Notes: generated by a model from the letters alone, not told the origin. 64,000 nucleotides of DNA from Schmidtea nova (GCA_044892505.1 CM097883.1:80848001-80912000); one strand, 5' to 3'; positions 1 through 13,908 are shown, counted from the stretch's first letter. Numbers and translations are program-made.

Positions 1-1500
1 GACAACAATTGAGCACTGATCCTTTTGTGTTATGTCCTGTGTGGCGTCAATTTGCAAAGAAAAAATACCTGCTTCCTGTATATCTAACAAAATGCTATCT
101 TGAATTAATTTTCCACTGGCCAAAATTACCTGGTTAATAGTAGATTTTGAAATTAATGAAATGAAACTGCCTCTACCTTTAGTTCCCGCAGATGTTTCAT
201 TATTTTTCTTCTTTTCTTTGATGACTCTTGATAAATGTAATTTTAAAACAGCGTCATATTTAGAGAGTAGCAATATTATTTCTAAAAGATTACCATGGTC
301 TTCTTGATTATTTTCAAGTGAAAGTGAAGAAACAGATTCAGATCGGTGAGCGCGAAAAGCTAATCCTCTTTTTCCAATTAATTTTACAACATCTATAATT
401 CTTTCCAATACTTGCTTTCGTTCAAATAATATTTTTCTGACGTATGCTTCCTTCATTTGTGAACATTAAATTATAAATATCTTTGCCTTTAGATTTGAGC
501 ATATGAAAATTTACACAATTTTCATGAGTTTTACTATTTTCATGTTCTTTAACACGTTGCAAAGTGTGCCTCCAGTCCGTCATTCCACGATTTACAAACG
601 AACTCTCGTTTGTAATATCACTGTAAGCCAAACACATGGTACAAAATAGAGCATTTTTTCCAAACTATATGATAGCCAACGCCTGTTTACTTTATCTTCT
701 CTATAAAATATTAAATTTGGTTTAAAAGGTAAATTAGTAATGTCATCAATGGTTGGTTGGCATGGATGTTTTTTAAAAAACTCTTCATAATTTTGATTTC
801 CTGGCCTTATGAAATAATTATCTGATAAGAAATTAAACATTTTGTTTGTTGGTGTTATCATTTCATTATTGGCCTGTGTGGAAGTTGAAACTGAAGTTAT
901 TTCTTCGAGAATTGATGTTTCAACTTTATCTGCGCCAATAGGACACATAATAGTATCATCATTCCTCGAAACTGATGAACTTAAATCCAAATCCTTATTC
1001 AATTTTCAATATCAAATGCATTGATCTTAGAAGTTGAAGCAAACATATCACTTAATTTAAGAGTATTTTTAGCAGCTTCTTGCATGATTTTTTTGTCGCT
1101 TTTCTCTCTCTTTTTGAGCGCCTCCTTTAAATTTTTTTTCCATTTTTTCTAAATAATAAACGTAAATAATTTAACAATATAATACAATAAGTATTTATTT
1201 AACCCATTAACGCCTAAACAAAAATTAATCGATAATTTATTCTTAAAGTTTGCATTGATAATTGCATTGATAATTAGAATAATTGATTCGTTATACGGCT
1301 TTTCGCTTTGCGGCCAAGTTTCGTAGAACGTATCTAGGCCGTAAAGCAAGGTATGGGTGTATTGTATATTGTTTCATTTATTTTATTTTTTTAATCAGAA
1401 GAATTAATTTAATAGTTTACATATCGCCGGCCTCGCGGCCTCTAATTCGACCGGCCCACCGGGAAATGTCCCGGTGTCCCGCCGGCCCAGTCCGCCACTG
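1..1500 (-). mobile_element. 5' part of a hAT element (ZMYM1/DUF4371 type) with decayed transposase at ~1-1002; runs off the window start
   Basis: Terminus CAGTGGCGGACTGG at 1500 (minus) with GC-rich subterminal repeats. Minus-strand frames give TTF zinc-finger-like RRWLSYS and DWRHTLQRVKEHENSKTHENC, then GLAFRAH, GNLLEII and SLQIDATQDITQKDQ (first catalytic D). Frameshifted. Confidence 0.8.
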
Positions 1501-3343
1501 AAAGTAAGTCATATTCGCAAACAATCGACATCTTGCCATAGGAAAAGAAAGATAAACAAACTGTATTAAATGGATAAAAGTTTAAAAGCAATTGAAGGCG
1601 GATATTACGAAATTATAAGAGCACCAAAAATAATAAGGGATCTCATATCAGAGGAGGAGGATTTGGTATTTTATTGAGAAGATTATTATTTAAGTGTACA
1701 GATCTTAGTATTCTGAGTCAGTGGAAATGAAATAATCTTTTATCATTCATTGTGATTCAAACATTACAGTTTTAAATATTTGACATTCAAAATATTTTAC
1801 TATTTATTAATTCTTTTATAAAAGAACAATACGAGTCAGATATGTCAACTGTTATTTATTTAATTAAAATAATTAAATTTAAACAAATTTACTTGTTGAA
1901 AAAGGTTTTTCATTATACGTTTAACAAAGAATGATTTTGAAGCGATCGATTCAAAGAAATTCTACATGTTTTGATGAATATTAACATAATAAAGAGATGG
2001 TTGGTTACAAATGAAAGGCAAGTATATGTTCGTCGTTTACCATCTTTGTCCCCTACCAGATCGTGGGCAACAAAGCAGCAGTTGTCAGAAAAATATGTGG
2101 CATATTTTTTATTGGTTAATGATTGTAAATTTTGATGGCAACACCCACTTTGAGGTTCTTATCCATGTAAGGAGATTCAATTCCGAAGGTATTTGAAATT
2201 CTTATCCCAATTGTTTGAGTATTCTCATATTTAGAATCCCATAAATCTTCTAGAACATTTTTGAGTATTTCTAAATGTTTTCATTAATTTGTTTCCAGGT
2301 AACTTTTTGTTTTTTAATATAATTTTTCTAACAAACATCTAATTCCTTTTTGTTATAGTTGGTATCTTCTCAATTCTGATTTTAAATAAACTTTTTGAGG
2401 CTTTCTTTGCGACTGTGTTGTAATAAAACAAATCACTGCAAATTTCGGTTCTAGCCTATAATATAAATTAATTTTATAATTTTATATTTTAATATCTTAA
2501 CAATAATTCTTTTATATATTAAAAGAGACATGATATTCTTTGATTATTAGGATTTCGGTCTGAATTAATTCCCGTATATAGAAATGAGCCTATTGGAGTA
2601 TCTTTGGTACCACCCCCTTTACTACTTATAAAAAATAGTAGCTAGTAGATATTCTTATTAGTAACCGTTATTAGTTATTTGTTTATAATTATTTAATTAA
2701 TAGTTTATTATCATTATAATTAACATATTGTTGGGCTGGCAAAATCGAAAAATAAATTTTGTTTAAAATTATAAAAAATTAAATTTATACAAAAGGGAAC
2801 AAGTTTAAAACTCACGATAAAAAATTACGCAGTAAAATAACGCAAAAGAAAATAAAAACAGTAAAGTACAATAGTAGTCAACTGAACTACATTCCATAAA
2901 ATGGTCAAAATAGGGTTAAAACGATAGAAAAGAGGCATCTCAAAAGAGAGCCCACGATTTGAGTGCAGGTCGTATTTACTCACGAAGGACCGCACGAGAA
3001 TTGAATGGGGAAGATCATTGCTTTTATAAAATTACGAAAGGCATGATCAAAGAATAAAATTAATATCTGGATAAAGAAAATAATTTATTAAAAATTATAG
3101 AAAAATACCCATTTAAATATCGGAAAAATAACAGAGATAAGAATAAAAAGAGAATTAAATTAAATTTGATTGTTTTAATTAATTAATTATTGCACAGAAA
3201 TAATGGATACACACATCATTTAACAGAATTAAAAACAAATCATTTAGAAATAAATACATCGGATTTACAAAAAATAAATAAATAATCATTTATTAAAAGC
3301 AATAAGTAAGTTTAATTGTTAAAATAATTATTTAAATAATAAC

Positions 3344-5975
3344 TATGGAATACAAATCCCGACGTTTTGCAAATCCCGGGATTTCGGGATCGGGAATCTT
3401 TCAATCCCGGGATCATGGGATCCCGAAATTAAATTAACCTTTATCCGATATCTATCCACATATTGTGATCCGCCTATGACATTTCATGGATGTTCACTCT
3501 TTCTTCACTTTTATTATTTTTGACTGAATATTATGAAGACAATGTCACTATATCAGTCTATCGATAAATAAAATAGTACATGAAACAATAGTAGCAGAAA
3601 AACCTTATTATATAAATTTTTAAAGGATTTTGACAAGGTATGTAATTTTATTATGTAACAAAATGTAACATGTTAATTAATTTTATTAAAAAAAGCCTTC
3701 AATAAACACAGTTTTGATAATGTCTCATCTCCGAGGCGTGATCTGATTTTTGTGAGGAATGAACCTCCAGCAGAAAACGGTCTCTCAGCATCTACACTGG
3801 TGGAGGAACACTCATCAATGCTTTGTGAAGAATTTCCACGTTGGCCAACAGTTCTAAATAACTCGAGCTCCCGTTGAATTGTTAACTTCATTAGATTCAC
3901 ACTGGTTGATGACATCTTTTGATGAACAACATGGTTATCTGTGCTCTTTTCCAAAGCAATGCGCAGACGTTCTACCATGCTGTTGGGGATTGTTGATGGT
4001 GGCGCATCCAGGGACACTGTAGATGGCAAAGAATCGGTGTCAGCTCCAGCTACTGTGACATTTAGTCTTTGCTCCAATTTGATCAATGTTATTTTCATCA
4101 TGTTGACTTCGCTTACAGAATCCATATTGCCACCATTGAAAGGCATATAGCCGCTGAGGTAAGTAAACTATGTCTCTCCTTCATGCGTTTCTTCAAACTC
4201 ATTTCAAGTTGGAACCCCAGTGCACTGTTTTGCAATTGGAGATCTTCGATTGCAAACTTCACAGCAGTTTCGGCCATAACTAAGGTACATCTCTGTCCAG
4301 AAAGGGTTTTCACAACCAGTTCCAGTGGTTTCAGGGCAGTCGTGATTTCTTGTTCCGTTTGAATGTCATCGTTTGTAAGTTGAATCTCCAGGCCTAAGAA
4401 GGCCAATGTCTTTTCTCATCGACTCTTTAACCTCTAGAAATCTTTTCAGAATTGCAATTAGGGAATTCCATCGTGTTTTGACATCCAAAACAAGGCATAG
4501 CTCTTTCCCAAGGTCTTCTTTGGCAAATCTTTGCAACAAATCATTCTTCACTGGACTTCTACGAATCAGCTTCACCATGTTACGTACTTTTTGATGACAG
4601 AATTTAAAGAGCCAAGATAAAATTCATTGGTGACTTCAACATCAATGCACACATCGAAACCGGCATCTTCAACGTCATCGGTAGAATTTCAGTCGTCATT
4701 AGATTGGCTACTTTCACTCTGCTCTGGTTCTGGTGCCGAAACGAATGATGATTTTTTGAGGTATAGAACATCGCAAACTGCTTAATGGACTCCATGGGCA
4801 TAACAAAGCTGGTGTTCGCAGTTCATCAACTTTCCAAATTTTACCATGACTGAAGCAGCATCAGTTGTACAGCAGATAACATCTGTTTTAATGTCCAGAT
4901 CAAATTGTGATGCTCTTTGAACAACCATTTCTTTGCATAATTCAGCAGTCATCGATCCTTTGATACGAGTGAGCCCTAGATGATGGACTGTTCTGTCAAA
5001 CATGTGAACATTGATGTTTGCATATCGCTTGTTGTTGACACCAGTCCATTCATCTACTGTAAGAGGGAATTTTTCACATTGCTCATGTCGTCGATACAAA
5101 TCTTCCTTTATTTGCAGTTCAATTTTCAAAGCGTAGTCCATTACCTTCTGTCTAATTGTCACAGCCGATAGGGGAACGTCCAATCATCTTGCTGCTAGTC
5201 CGGCCTGAATATCCTTTGAAGTAATGAAAACCTTGAATGGGAGTCCGTCTTTAGCTGTCATGTGCGCTAGAATTTCATCAAGGGACGGCTTGGAAACTGA
5301 AAAATATTCAGTTATTACTGGGATTTTTCGCTTCTTGCAGTCGGGCTCCTCCGAAACCTCGCGTTGAGAATGTGTTTCCCCGTTCGTTCTCAAGTCAATT
5401 TGGTGAATGGTTCTAAGGTGGGTTAAGAGGCCTTTAGTGGATCCACTTTTCGTGTTATTCTTCTTGAAGCACTTCTTGCATTTTGCTTCGTCCCTGTTTT
5501 CTTTCACAAAATATTGCCAGGCTTTTGACATGGAGGGCTGATATAGAATTTGAAATGCTAAAAATAACGTAAAATGAAATTATAAAATTCTTGGTAAATT
5601 ACTTGGTAAAAATGAAAATTGAAGTGAACAACTAAAGGCAAGTGTTAAATAAAACAGACCCACGCTTAAAAGTTCAATGAAACTAAGCCTTTATATAAAG
5701 TGGGATGAGGTGTGGGTGATTTCCCGTATAATAAAAGTATTTGATTATGTCAATGATTAACAATATATTTAAATTATATTGTTAAAGCTTGTTTATTAAA
5801 TCCTATATAAAATAACGAAATATAATTATTAATTTCAAACTAAAGAATGTATATTATTTTAATTAAACAATATTAACTACCGATCCCGGGATTAAATGTT
5901 TTTAATCCCGGGATTGGAATGACATGAGAAATAACCGAATCCCGTGATTTCGGGATCCCGGGATTATAAACCCTA
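3344..5975 (-). mobile_element. Near full-length hAT transposon nested in the solo LTR
   Basis: 8-bp TSD ATAATAAC (3336-3343 / 5976-5983). Ends TATGG.../...CCCTA. ATCCCGGGAT subterminal repeats at both ends. Confidence 0.9.
3673..5531 (-). pseudogene. hAT transposase with in-frame stop and frameshifts
   Basis: BED finger (AWQYF..AKCKKC..GSTKGLLTHLRTIH), LTVDEWT, TTDAASVM, CYAHGVH, DVKTRWNS and dimerisation motif SVDAERPFS..IRSRLGDETL. Confidence 0.92.
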
Positions 5976-7085
5976 ATAATAACAAATGTGAGTGTCAGTA
6001 AATTTAGTATAAATAGACGCAAAAAATCACAATTGAGTTAGTTAGTTATTTACACTTAGCATTAATTTCATTTTCACTAGCCAGTCGAGTGAGTAGGTAT
6101 GTTTTATTTTGTTTTGTTTTGTTTTGTCATGTTTTATTTTATTGGTAATTTGTAATAGTTGCTTGATTTTATTTGATTATGATTATTGATAATTTGTAAT
6201 AGATATTTGATTTAATTATGCTTATTCATAGTTTTGTTGTTATTATTTATTTTAGTTATAATAAAGTTTTTTGGTGTAAATATTTGTTCCATGTATTTGC
6301 GGGAAACCCTCATAATAGCCGGGGTACAATTCGTAAGGTGACGCCCATGTTGTCTCGTAATGCATAGGGGAGAATTAGCCTCTCGTCTTGACTCCTTTTG
6401 GAAGTTAGGCGATGCGACGACTTTGAACCAAATTTGGGCGGGAGAAAATGGGATTGCAAGGTGTATTCATCATTTTTTGGATGAATAAAAGTAGATAGAA
6501 ACAGTTTTTGAGATTGAATAGAGATAGATATGTTATAACATGGGGGTAATGGATAGTTAGGATGTAATTATGTGAGAGGACCGAAAAATAAGCAGATACT
6601 TAAGTCATTCTATCGGCAGCAAGAACCCAAAAGAGAGAATTTAGTGATGAGTAGTTTCGGTAAAGGACCTCACCTGCTCATTAGATTCTTTCACCGTGTA
6701 CAGTACCAACATAGTTACTTGGGGAATAACTATGGGCACATGAGTGTGGTAGATTGGTATGTTGCGGTATGAGTTGTATTAACTCCTAGAAATCATTTAT
6801 AATTTTTATAGCAACACCAATACCACCCAGCAATATTTATTAAATATTTTATCCTCTTTTCTAGTTACTTATACATTATTATAGAAAAATTATGAACATG
6901 ATAATAAATAATAACAAAAAATCAATTAGATTTCGCATTTATTCAATAATAAATATAGATAATGCAATATTAATAAAGATAATAATTTGATCTGCTAGTG
7001 GCTATGAACTTGATGATTAGTTGTTGACGATATTGGAGATTTCCATTATTCTGCAAGAAAATGCTTAATAATAGATAATTAACTA

Positions 7086-8690
7086 ACCGTTATCCGATAT
7101 CATATAATGACCATATGTCAGACTTGTGTTCTTTCCCACCCAAACCATTTTCTCATCATTTTTTTGTAAGAGCAACTTTAGTCGCTTTAAAACTATTTAG
7201 TTTGTGATTATTGACGCCAATGCGAAATTGATTCACTTTAAGTATTTTTAACGCATGATGTTTTATATATCTGTATCCTTCAATGTTACTTTCTGTCTTT
7301 TTTGTATTCATATTTCCAAAAAAACTATAACTTTATAGTAGAAGAAATACCCACTCTTCGTAATCATTACTCTTACTTTAGTCTTTAAATATTTTTATTT
7401 TATAACGGGTGGGTCGGTTATAATTTGGAGTGTCCAAAAAATTGTCATTGACTATTTCAGGTAAATGAACATTTTACTTACATTTTTCAACTCCAGAAAG
7501 AAAGTATCTGTATGCCCTACTATATTAATTTACAATTAAATTGTTCACAATATCTCTGCAAGTCAATATATTGTAATTTATACATTCTAAGTTTAGAAAA
7601 ATCAAGAACAAATTGGTCAAAATAATTTATGTTATCTAAACACACAATATAGATATTAAATAATCTGCAATCTTAATATTTTTTTGAATTGTTTGAATGG
7701 ATGCATTTGTAAATTATTTTGTTGCTGAATTACATAATCGAAAATCCATTCTTCTTATTTATATTTTCAACTGTATTTCCATAAATACTATTGTTCAACA
7801 ATTTGTAGCAATTTCTATCCAAAGTATTTGTGGATTTTGCCCTAACTCAGTGTTTGTATCACATATTTCTTGAAAATGGATTCTTGTTTAAGCAGATTAC
7901 ACGATGAACTTCAATTAATTTTACTCTAAACCGAATATACATTTGAAGTATAACGTAATTCACGACATACTTATTTTTTGTGTATTGAGTAAACAATAAT
8001 TTCTCAAATTTTAATACATACGTATTTTCTGCATCATCTTTAAGTTCAACTACATAGAACAGCCACAGAAAAGTTTCTGAATCGAAATTTATACATTCTT
8101 CCAATATTTTATCAAAATTATCGAATTCCTATTCCAGTTCCCCACATGGTAATTTCTGACTTAAATTCCCAAACATATTATTATTTATATCAATATATAA
8201 AAGCTCAATATTTTCATCGGATAACACTTGATGTTTGTTCACAAATTTTAAACCACCACGAATCCCTCCCTCAAAGAAACTAGACCTTTCCATTTCTTTT
8301 ATCAACTCTTTGTCTTTCTAATAACATTAGAGTGGATGCCCATACAAATAATTCTAAAGATATTCAATGGTTCTAATATGTTATGATTTTGATTTGGCTC
8401 TTAATTGCCGAAAAAGTCAGTAAGTACACATTCAATTTCCAATACACCATGATAGAGTCCAATAATGGTTTACAATTAATTTACAATTCATCCTCTGTAA
8501 CTCCATCCCAAAGTGCAGGTATTTTATGTAGTTTTCTGACTGGTGACTTAATTATACAGAAATATTCGTTTTTAGTAGACAATAGTTCGACTGAATATTG
8601 GTTAGTTAATAGTAAACTACTCAATGTCTTAACCACTTTAACTAATGAGTCATTTACGAATTGATGAATTATTAAACCATTTTTTCAAAA
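7086..8690 (-). pseudogene. Heavily decayed protein-primed type B DNA polymerase (Polinton/Maverick-like)
   Basis: Minus-strand fragments LYIDINNNMFGNLSQKLPCG (motif A-like), KYVVNYVILQMY..KLIEVHRVI, DFSKLRMY..GHTDTFF (motif C-like) and C-terminal KVAL..LTYGHYMI, in the expected order. Confidence 0.75.
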
Positions 8691-8739
8691 ATGCCTCACA
8701 TGTTTACGATCCTTAAAACCCAAAAGAAACATCATTCAC

Positions 8740-8960
8740 ATAACGTTTGTACACAGCTGGTTTAATAAGATGGTATGATGAGATTTTTCTTTCCCGACTA
8801 GACATAAAATAAAAGCCATGTATGGGACAAATGGAGAACCCATAGCGACACCATCAAGTTGTGTGCACCTTTCATCGCTAAACAGAAAATTAACATTCGA
8901 TGTTGCAAATTGATGTAATTTACGAAAAGGTATTTCATCAGAATTCTCCTGTTCAGACTC
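8740..8960 (-). pseudogene. Penelope-like reverse transcriptase fragment
   Basis: NVNFLFSDERCTQLDGVAMGSPF matches the PLE RT G(V/L)AMGSP motif. Confidence 0.7.
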
Positions 8961-8990
8961 ATCTTCATGTAATGGATGTAACGCCATATA

Positions 8991-9364
8991 CCGTGTTTTT
9001 CCTATTATAAGCGGTATCCCAAATATAAGAGGTAGCGTGTTTTTTTGCTTGTAAAAAAATAAGCGACCCTCCGAATATAATCGGTAGTAAATATAGATAG
9101 CATATAAATAAAAACTATAAATATGCAATTATTATACACGTATAAATGTTTTATGAAGATGTCGTAGAAGTTGACGATTTAACTGTATTTGATTAAAATG
9201 CCTTTATCTTTTTTAAACATTTGAAATAATATAATATTAAAATATATTATGATTTTTTAAGTAATCGGTAAAAAAAATATAAGCGATCCTCCAAATATAA
9301 GAGGTGCCCCAGTTTATTCGTCGGAAAATAATATTAGCGGCTGCTTATAATAGGAAAAACAGGG
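8991..9364. mobile_element. Tc1/pogo-type MITE
   Basis: TIRs CCGTGTTTTTCCTATTATAAGC / GCTTATAATAGGAAAAACAGGG, flanked by TA. Confidence 0.8.
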
Positions 9365-9479
9365 TACATCGGAAATACTGTCCGTCATCTCTGCACCCGA
9401 GTTCTTGAGCATTACCGACTGAATGTTAAATATAATTAGTTAGCGTTTCTTAATTATTAAATCATTGCCATGTTTCTTT

Positions 9480-9930
9480 CATTAAATAATAAAAAATAAT
9501 AATAATTTTAAAAAAATTATAAAATAAAAATAATATATAAAATAAAAATAAAATTAATATAAAAAAATAATAATATAAAATATTAATAAAATAAAATTAA
9601 TATATAATAAAATAAAAATAAAAAAATAAAATATATAATTAAATAAATATATAATTAAATAATATATATAATTAAATAAAATAAATATATAATTAAAAAA
9701 ATAAAATATTAATAAAATATTAATAAAATAAAATATATAATAAAATAAAATAAAATAAATATATAATTAAAAAAATAAAATATATAATAAAATAAAATTA
9801 ATATATAATAAAATAAAATATATAATAAAATAAAATAAATATATAATTAAAAAAATAAAATATTAATAAAATAAAATTAATATAATGTAATAATAAAATA
9901 GTAATAAAATAAATAATAAAAAATAATTAT
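9480..9930. repeat. A/T-only low-complexity minisatellite
   Basis: Degenerate AAAATATATAATAAAATAAA-type units, almost no G or C. Confidence 0.85.
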
Positions 9931-9967
9931 AACACGAAAATATATTTTATAGCTTTATTTACAAATT

Positions 9968-12900
9968 TTATTTTTCTATTTTCGTTTTGTTTTTGTGCAA
10001 TCTATCATTTCTTCGACGTTTAGTAATCCAAGTCCGGATTTGTTTCTCACTTAATTTCAATTCCTTAGCATATTTCTTAAAAACATGCTGTGTTATCTGA
10101 GTGTGCTGAAAAATAATATATAAATAAAATATTATATAATGATAGTGAAACCTGGACTGTTTGAAATAGATTTTCCATTTTTTTAAATTGTAACCTCGTA
10201 TATTGGATTCGTTGTTTTCGAGTTTTGCTTCTGATTTTTACCATTTCCTCACCATTACTATTTTCAGTATGGTAACCATCATTATTAATAGAAGCATTTT
10301 CTATTTCAGTCTTTGAGAATTCGTCTTTTACTGTTCGAGAAATATCAACCGATTCCAGTTTGGAAATTACATTTTTAACTGTCTGGGTTTTATCGGGATT
10401 ATAAACTTTAGCTATCCATTTACGGAAATAGGGAATTAATTCAAACATATTTGTTGGTGCGAGTACCATAGACTCAAATCTACAAATCGTTGTTTGACTG
10501 AAATCACTTTTCAAATAATATTTCATAGATATGCCAACTTCAGATTGGGTAACTCCTATATTTAAAAAAAATAGAATTAGTAATGTAAACTAATTCTGTA
10601 GTCCATTATGTATGGTCGCAACCGGGCTCCTTGAAAAATTAAAATTTGAATTTTGATTAGTAAATAAGTGTAGGACAGGGATCCCAGGACAGATCTTTTA
10701 AAAGACATTGATAAAGCCTTTGAAATTAAAATTTACTATTTGATGTTGGACATTTTAAAATATAAATGAAAAATAGCTGCTATGTATACTAATTACTCAC
10801 ACACACACATTTATTTGTCAATAGAAATATCGGATGATAGTATGAAGCTTTTGCAGATAAAAACCATCACTAGAGGTTCTGCTACCAAGGTTCTGTTAGA
10901 AAAGTTCCGGTACTGAATATAATTGACATTAAAAAATTTAACAATAATTTTGATTGATTTTCCCTTTAAATGTTTTTCAATGAATTACTATCATTATATT
11001 ATTACGTGTTATTTTAAAAATCTATTTTTTGGAACATTGAAATTGATTCAAATATTCCTTATGAAAATTCCGAATTAATTACTGTTGTTGAGGAATTATT
11101 AAAGAAAACCGTCAAAAATTACGCATCAAGATATAAAAAAGAAGCCATAAAAATGTAAGAATTTATTAATTGAATAAATATTTTTTATAAATGATAAACG
11201 AGACCAATTTGTCACGTTTTTACGTTTTTAACTTTTTTGTCTGCCTTTCAATTCTCAGTAGATTGGTATAGAAATTATTGAATTCTGATCATTTTTAAAT
11301 TTTTAGAAATTATGTGTAAATTTTTGTGTAAATTGTTTAAAATTATCCATTTTTTCTTTATTTGTTGAAAATATTTCGAAATAATTAATAAATTTTATAT
11401 TTGTTGAAAAAATGTTGAAATTAAATACACCTATCCCCCGTTTTACACGGAAGATAGGTTCCTGAAAAAACCGTGTTAAATGAAAACAATCACAGAAATG
11501 CTTTTTTAGTCATTTATTGAGCAACAATCAAATTCAGTAAAACATAAAAATAGCAGTTTAATCGCATAAAATATTGACAATAATTCATTTAATTTTCAAA
11601 AACAAAAATGTAACATAAAAACAATAAGAAATTCACAGAAAATAATATGAATGTATGTACTACATACTAACATATTGTCTTAATAAGACCTAATTTAACT
11701 TAAATCGCTTTCACTATCACTTTCAACAATAAGTCTTCTTTTTCGAATTTAATTCATTATTTGTCTAAAAATTTTGTAAACCGTGTAAAATCGAAAACGT
11801 GTTAATCGAGCGCCGTGTAAAGCGGGGGATAGGTATATTATTTAAAATTTTTCATAATAAAGATTTCATAACATTACTCAATGTCTAAAATTATGTTTTG
11901 TAGTTTATATAAACCCCAAAATAACTACAAAATTATTACATAATTATAACAACTTAATGATAAATGAAATTTATTTGGACAAATGTGATGTAACCGGATC
12001 AAATATGATGTTTAGGTCAGTCATTATGAAGTATTATGTAATATGCATCAAAGGTTGATTATTACATAACCTCGGGAGTAAGTATCTGACGGGACACATC
12101 ATACTACTGTCGGATCTAGTGATGAAACAAAATGCCAACTTTTACAAGAACCACTCAACTCGCTTCAAAATAATGTTTAAATTAAAAAAAAAATTCCAAC
12201 TAATAAAATTAATTTAAATATAAAATAAAATCACAAATTTACTATTTAATATCAAATAAAAATATTCGGGTGCTATAATAAATAATTTATATAAAATATG
12301 AAAATTTAAAATTAAAGGTGAAAAAAATAAAAAAAATAATAATATTATAATTAATTTAAATATAAAATCAAATCACAAATTTACTATTTAATATCAAATA
12401 AAAATTTTCGGGTGCTATAATAAATAATTTATATAAAATATAAAAATTTAAAAAAAAATTAAAGGTGAAAAAAATAAAAAAAAATAATAATATTATAATT
12501 AATTTAAATATAAAATAAAATCACAAATTTACTATTTAATATCAAATAAAAATTTTCGGGTGCTATAATAAATAATTTATATAAAATATAAAAATTTAAA
12601 AAAAAATTAAAGGTGAAAAAAATAAAAAAAAATAATAATATTATAATTAATTTAAATATAAAATAAAATCACAAATTTACTATTTAATATCAAATAAAAA
12701 TTTTCGGGTGCTATAATAAATAATTTATATAAAATATAAAAATTTAAAAAAAAATTAAAGGTGAAAAAAATAAAAAAAAATAATAATATTATAATTAATT
12801 TAAATATAAAATAAAATCACAAATTTACTATTTAATATCAAATAAAAATATTCGGGTGCTATAATAAATAATTTATATAAAATATGAAAATTTTAAAAAA

Positions 12901-13508
12901 AAATTAAAGGTGAAAAAAATAAAAAAAAATAATAATATTATAATTAATTTAAATATAAAATCAAATCACAAATTTACTATTTAATATCAAATAAAAATTT
13001 TCGGGTGCTATAATAAATAATTTATATAAAATATAAAAATTTAAAAAAAAATTAAAGGTGAAAAAAATAATAATATTATAATTAATTTAAATATAAAATA
13101 AAATCACAAATTTACTATTTAATATCAAATAAAAATATTCGGGTGCTATAATAAATAATTTATATAAAATATAAAAATTTAAAAAAAAATTAAAGGTGAA
13201 AAAAATAATAATATTATAATTAATTTAAATATAAAATAAAATCACAAATTTACTATTTAATATCAAATAAAAATATTCGGGTGCTATAATAAATAATTTA
13301 TATAAAATATGAAAATTTAAAAAAATAATAATAATAATATTATAATTTTACAATATTATAATAATAATATAATTAATTTTAACCAACCTAAATCTTGTCG
13401 AAATTGTTTGAATTCTGAAGTGAATTGTTTAATGAAATCCAAATCAAATACCATAGATTGATCCAATAAGATATTCGAGGGTTCTTGTTTATAAGTCGTT
13501 GAAGGGTT
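9968..13508 (-). CDS. Divergent POU-homeobox transcription factor. Exons 13508-13388, 10555-10152 and 10105-9968; 5' exon(s) unresolved
   Basis: GT-AG spliced, phase-consistent, stop-free frame. POU-specific domain DLDFIKQFTSEFKQFRQDL|GVTQSEVGISMKYYLKSDFSQTTICRFESMVLAPTNMFELIPYFRKWI. Homeodomain RKQRIQYTRLQFKKMENLFQTVQ|HTQITQHVFKKYAKELKLSEKQIRTWITKRRR. Introns of 2.8 kb and 46 bp. Confidence 0.9.
11428..11835. mobile_element. Tc1/pogo-type MITE in the POU intron
   Basis: TIRs CACCTATCCCCCGTTTTACACGG / CCGTGTAAAGCGGGGGATAGGTA with TA flanks. Confidence 0.85.
12210..13330. repeat. Tandem array of 8 units of 138-149 bp in the POU intron
   Basis: Anchor CGGGTGCTA at 12267, 12409, 12557, 12705, 12853, 13002, 13140 and 13278. 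Confidence 0.95.
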
Positions 13509-13753
13509 CTGAAAAATAGTATTTTCAATGGTTTGTTTTGATTGAAATTTAGTTTAATCACACAACTTAAATTAAATTTTATTAAGAAATAAATATTTTC
13601 AGAGAGTGCCATTTTGGCATTTATCACACCATTTCTTAGTACCTCTCAAACAATCAAGAGTTTGGTTTCAACTTCCGTTGTCCGGATTAACGAAGTTATA
13701 ATAATAAATTACAGTGAAATGTTTATTTCAAGCAGCTTCCAAATCTTTATTAA

Positions 13754-13908
13754 NNNNNNNNNNNNNNNNNNNNNNNNNNNNNNNNNNNNNNNNNNNNNNN
13801 NNNNNNNNNNNNNNNNNNNNNNNNNNNNNNNNNNNNNNNNNNNNNNNNNNNNNNNNNNNNNNNNNNNNNNNNNNNNNNNNNNNNNNNNNNNNNNNNNNNN
13901 NNNNNNNN
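13754..13908. other. Assembly gap (N run)
   Basis: Run of N. Confidence 1.

Larger units (their letters stand above)
2729..6832 (+). mobile_element. Solo LTR (~1.47 kb without the nested hAT)
   Basis: Starts TGTTGGG and ends CCCAGCA. 4-bp TSD ATAT (2725-2728 / 6833-6836). TATA box near 6006. Confidence 0.8.

Noticed and set aside
11050-11160. Plus-strand exon-like segment (ELLKKTVKNYASRYKKEAIK followed by GTAAG) inside the POU intron
   Set aside because: Isolated, with no partner exons; it cannot be assigned.
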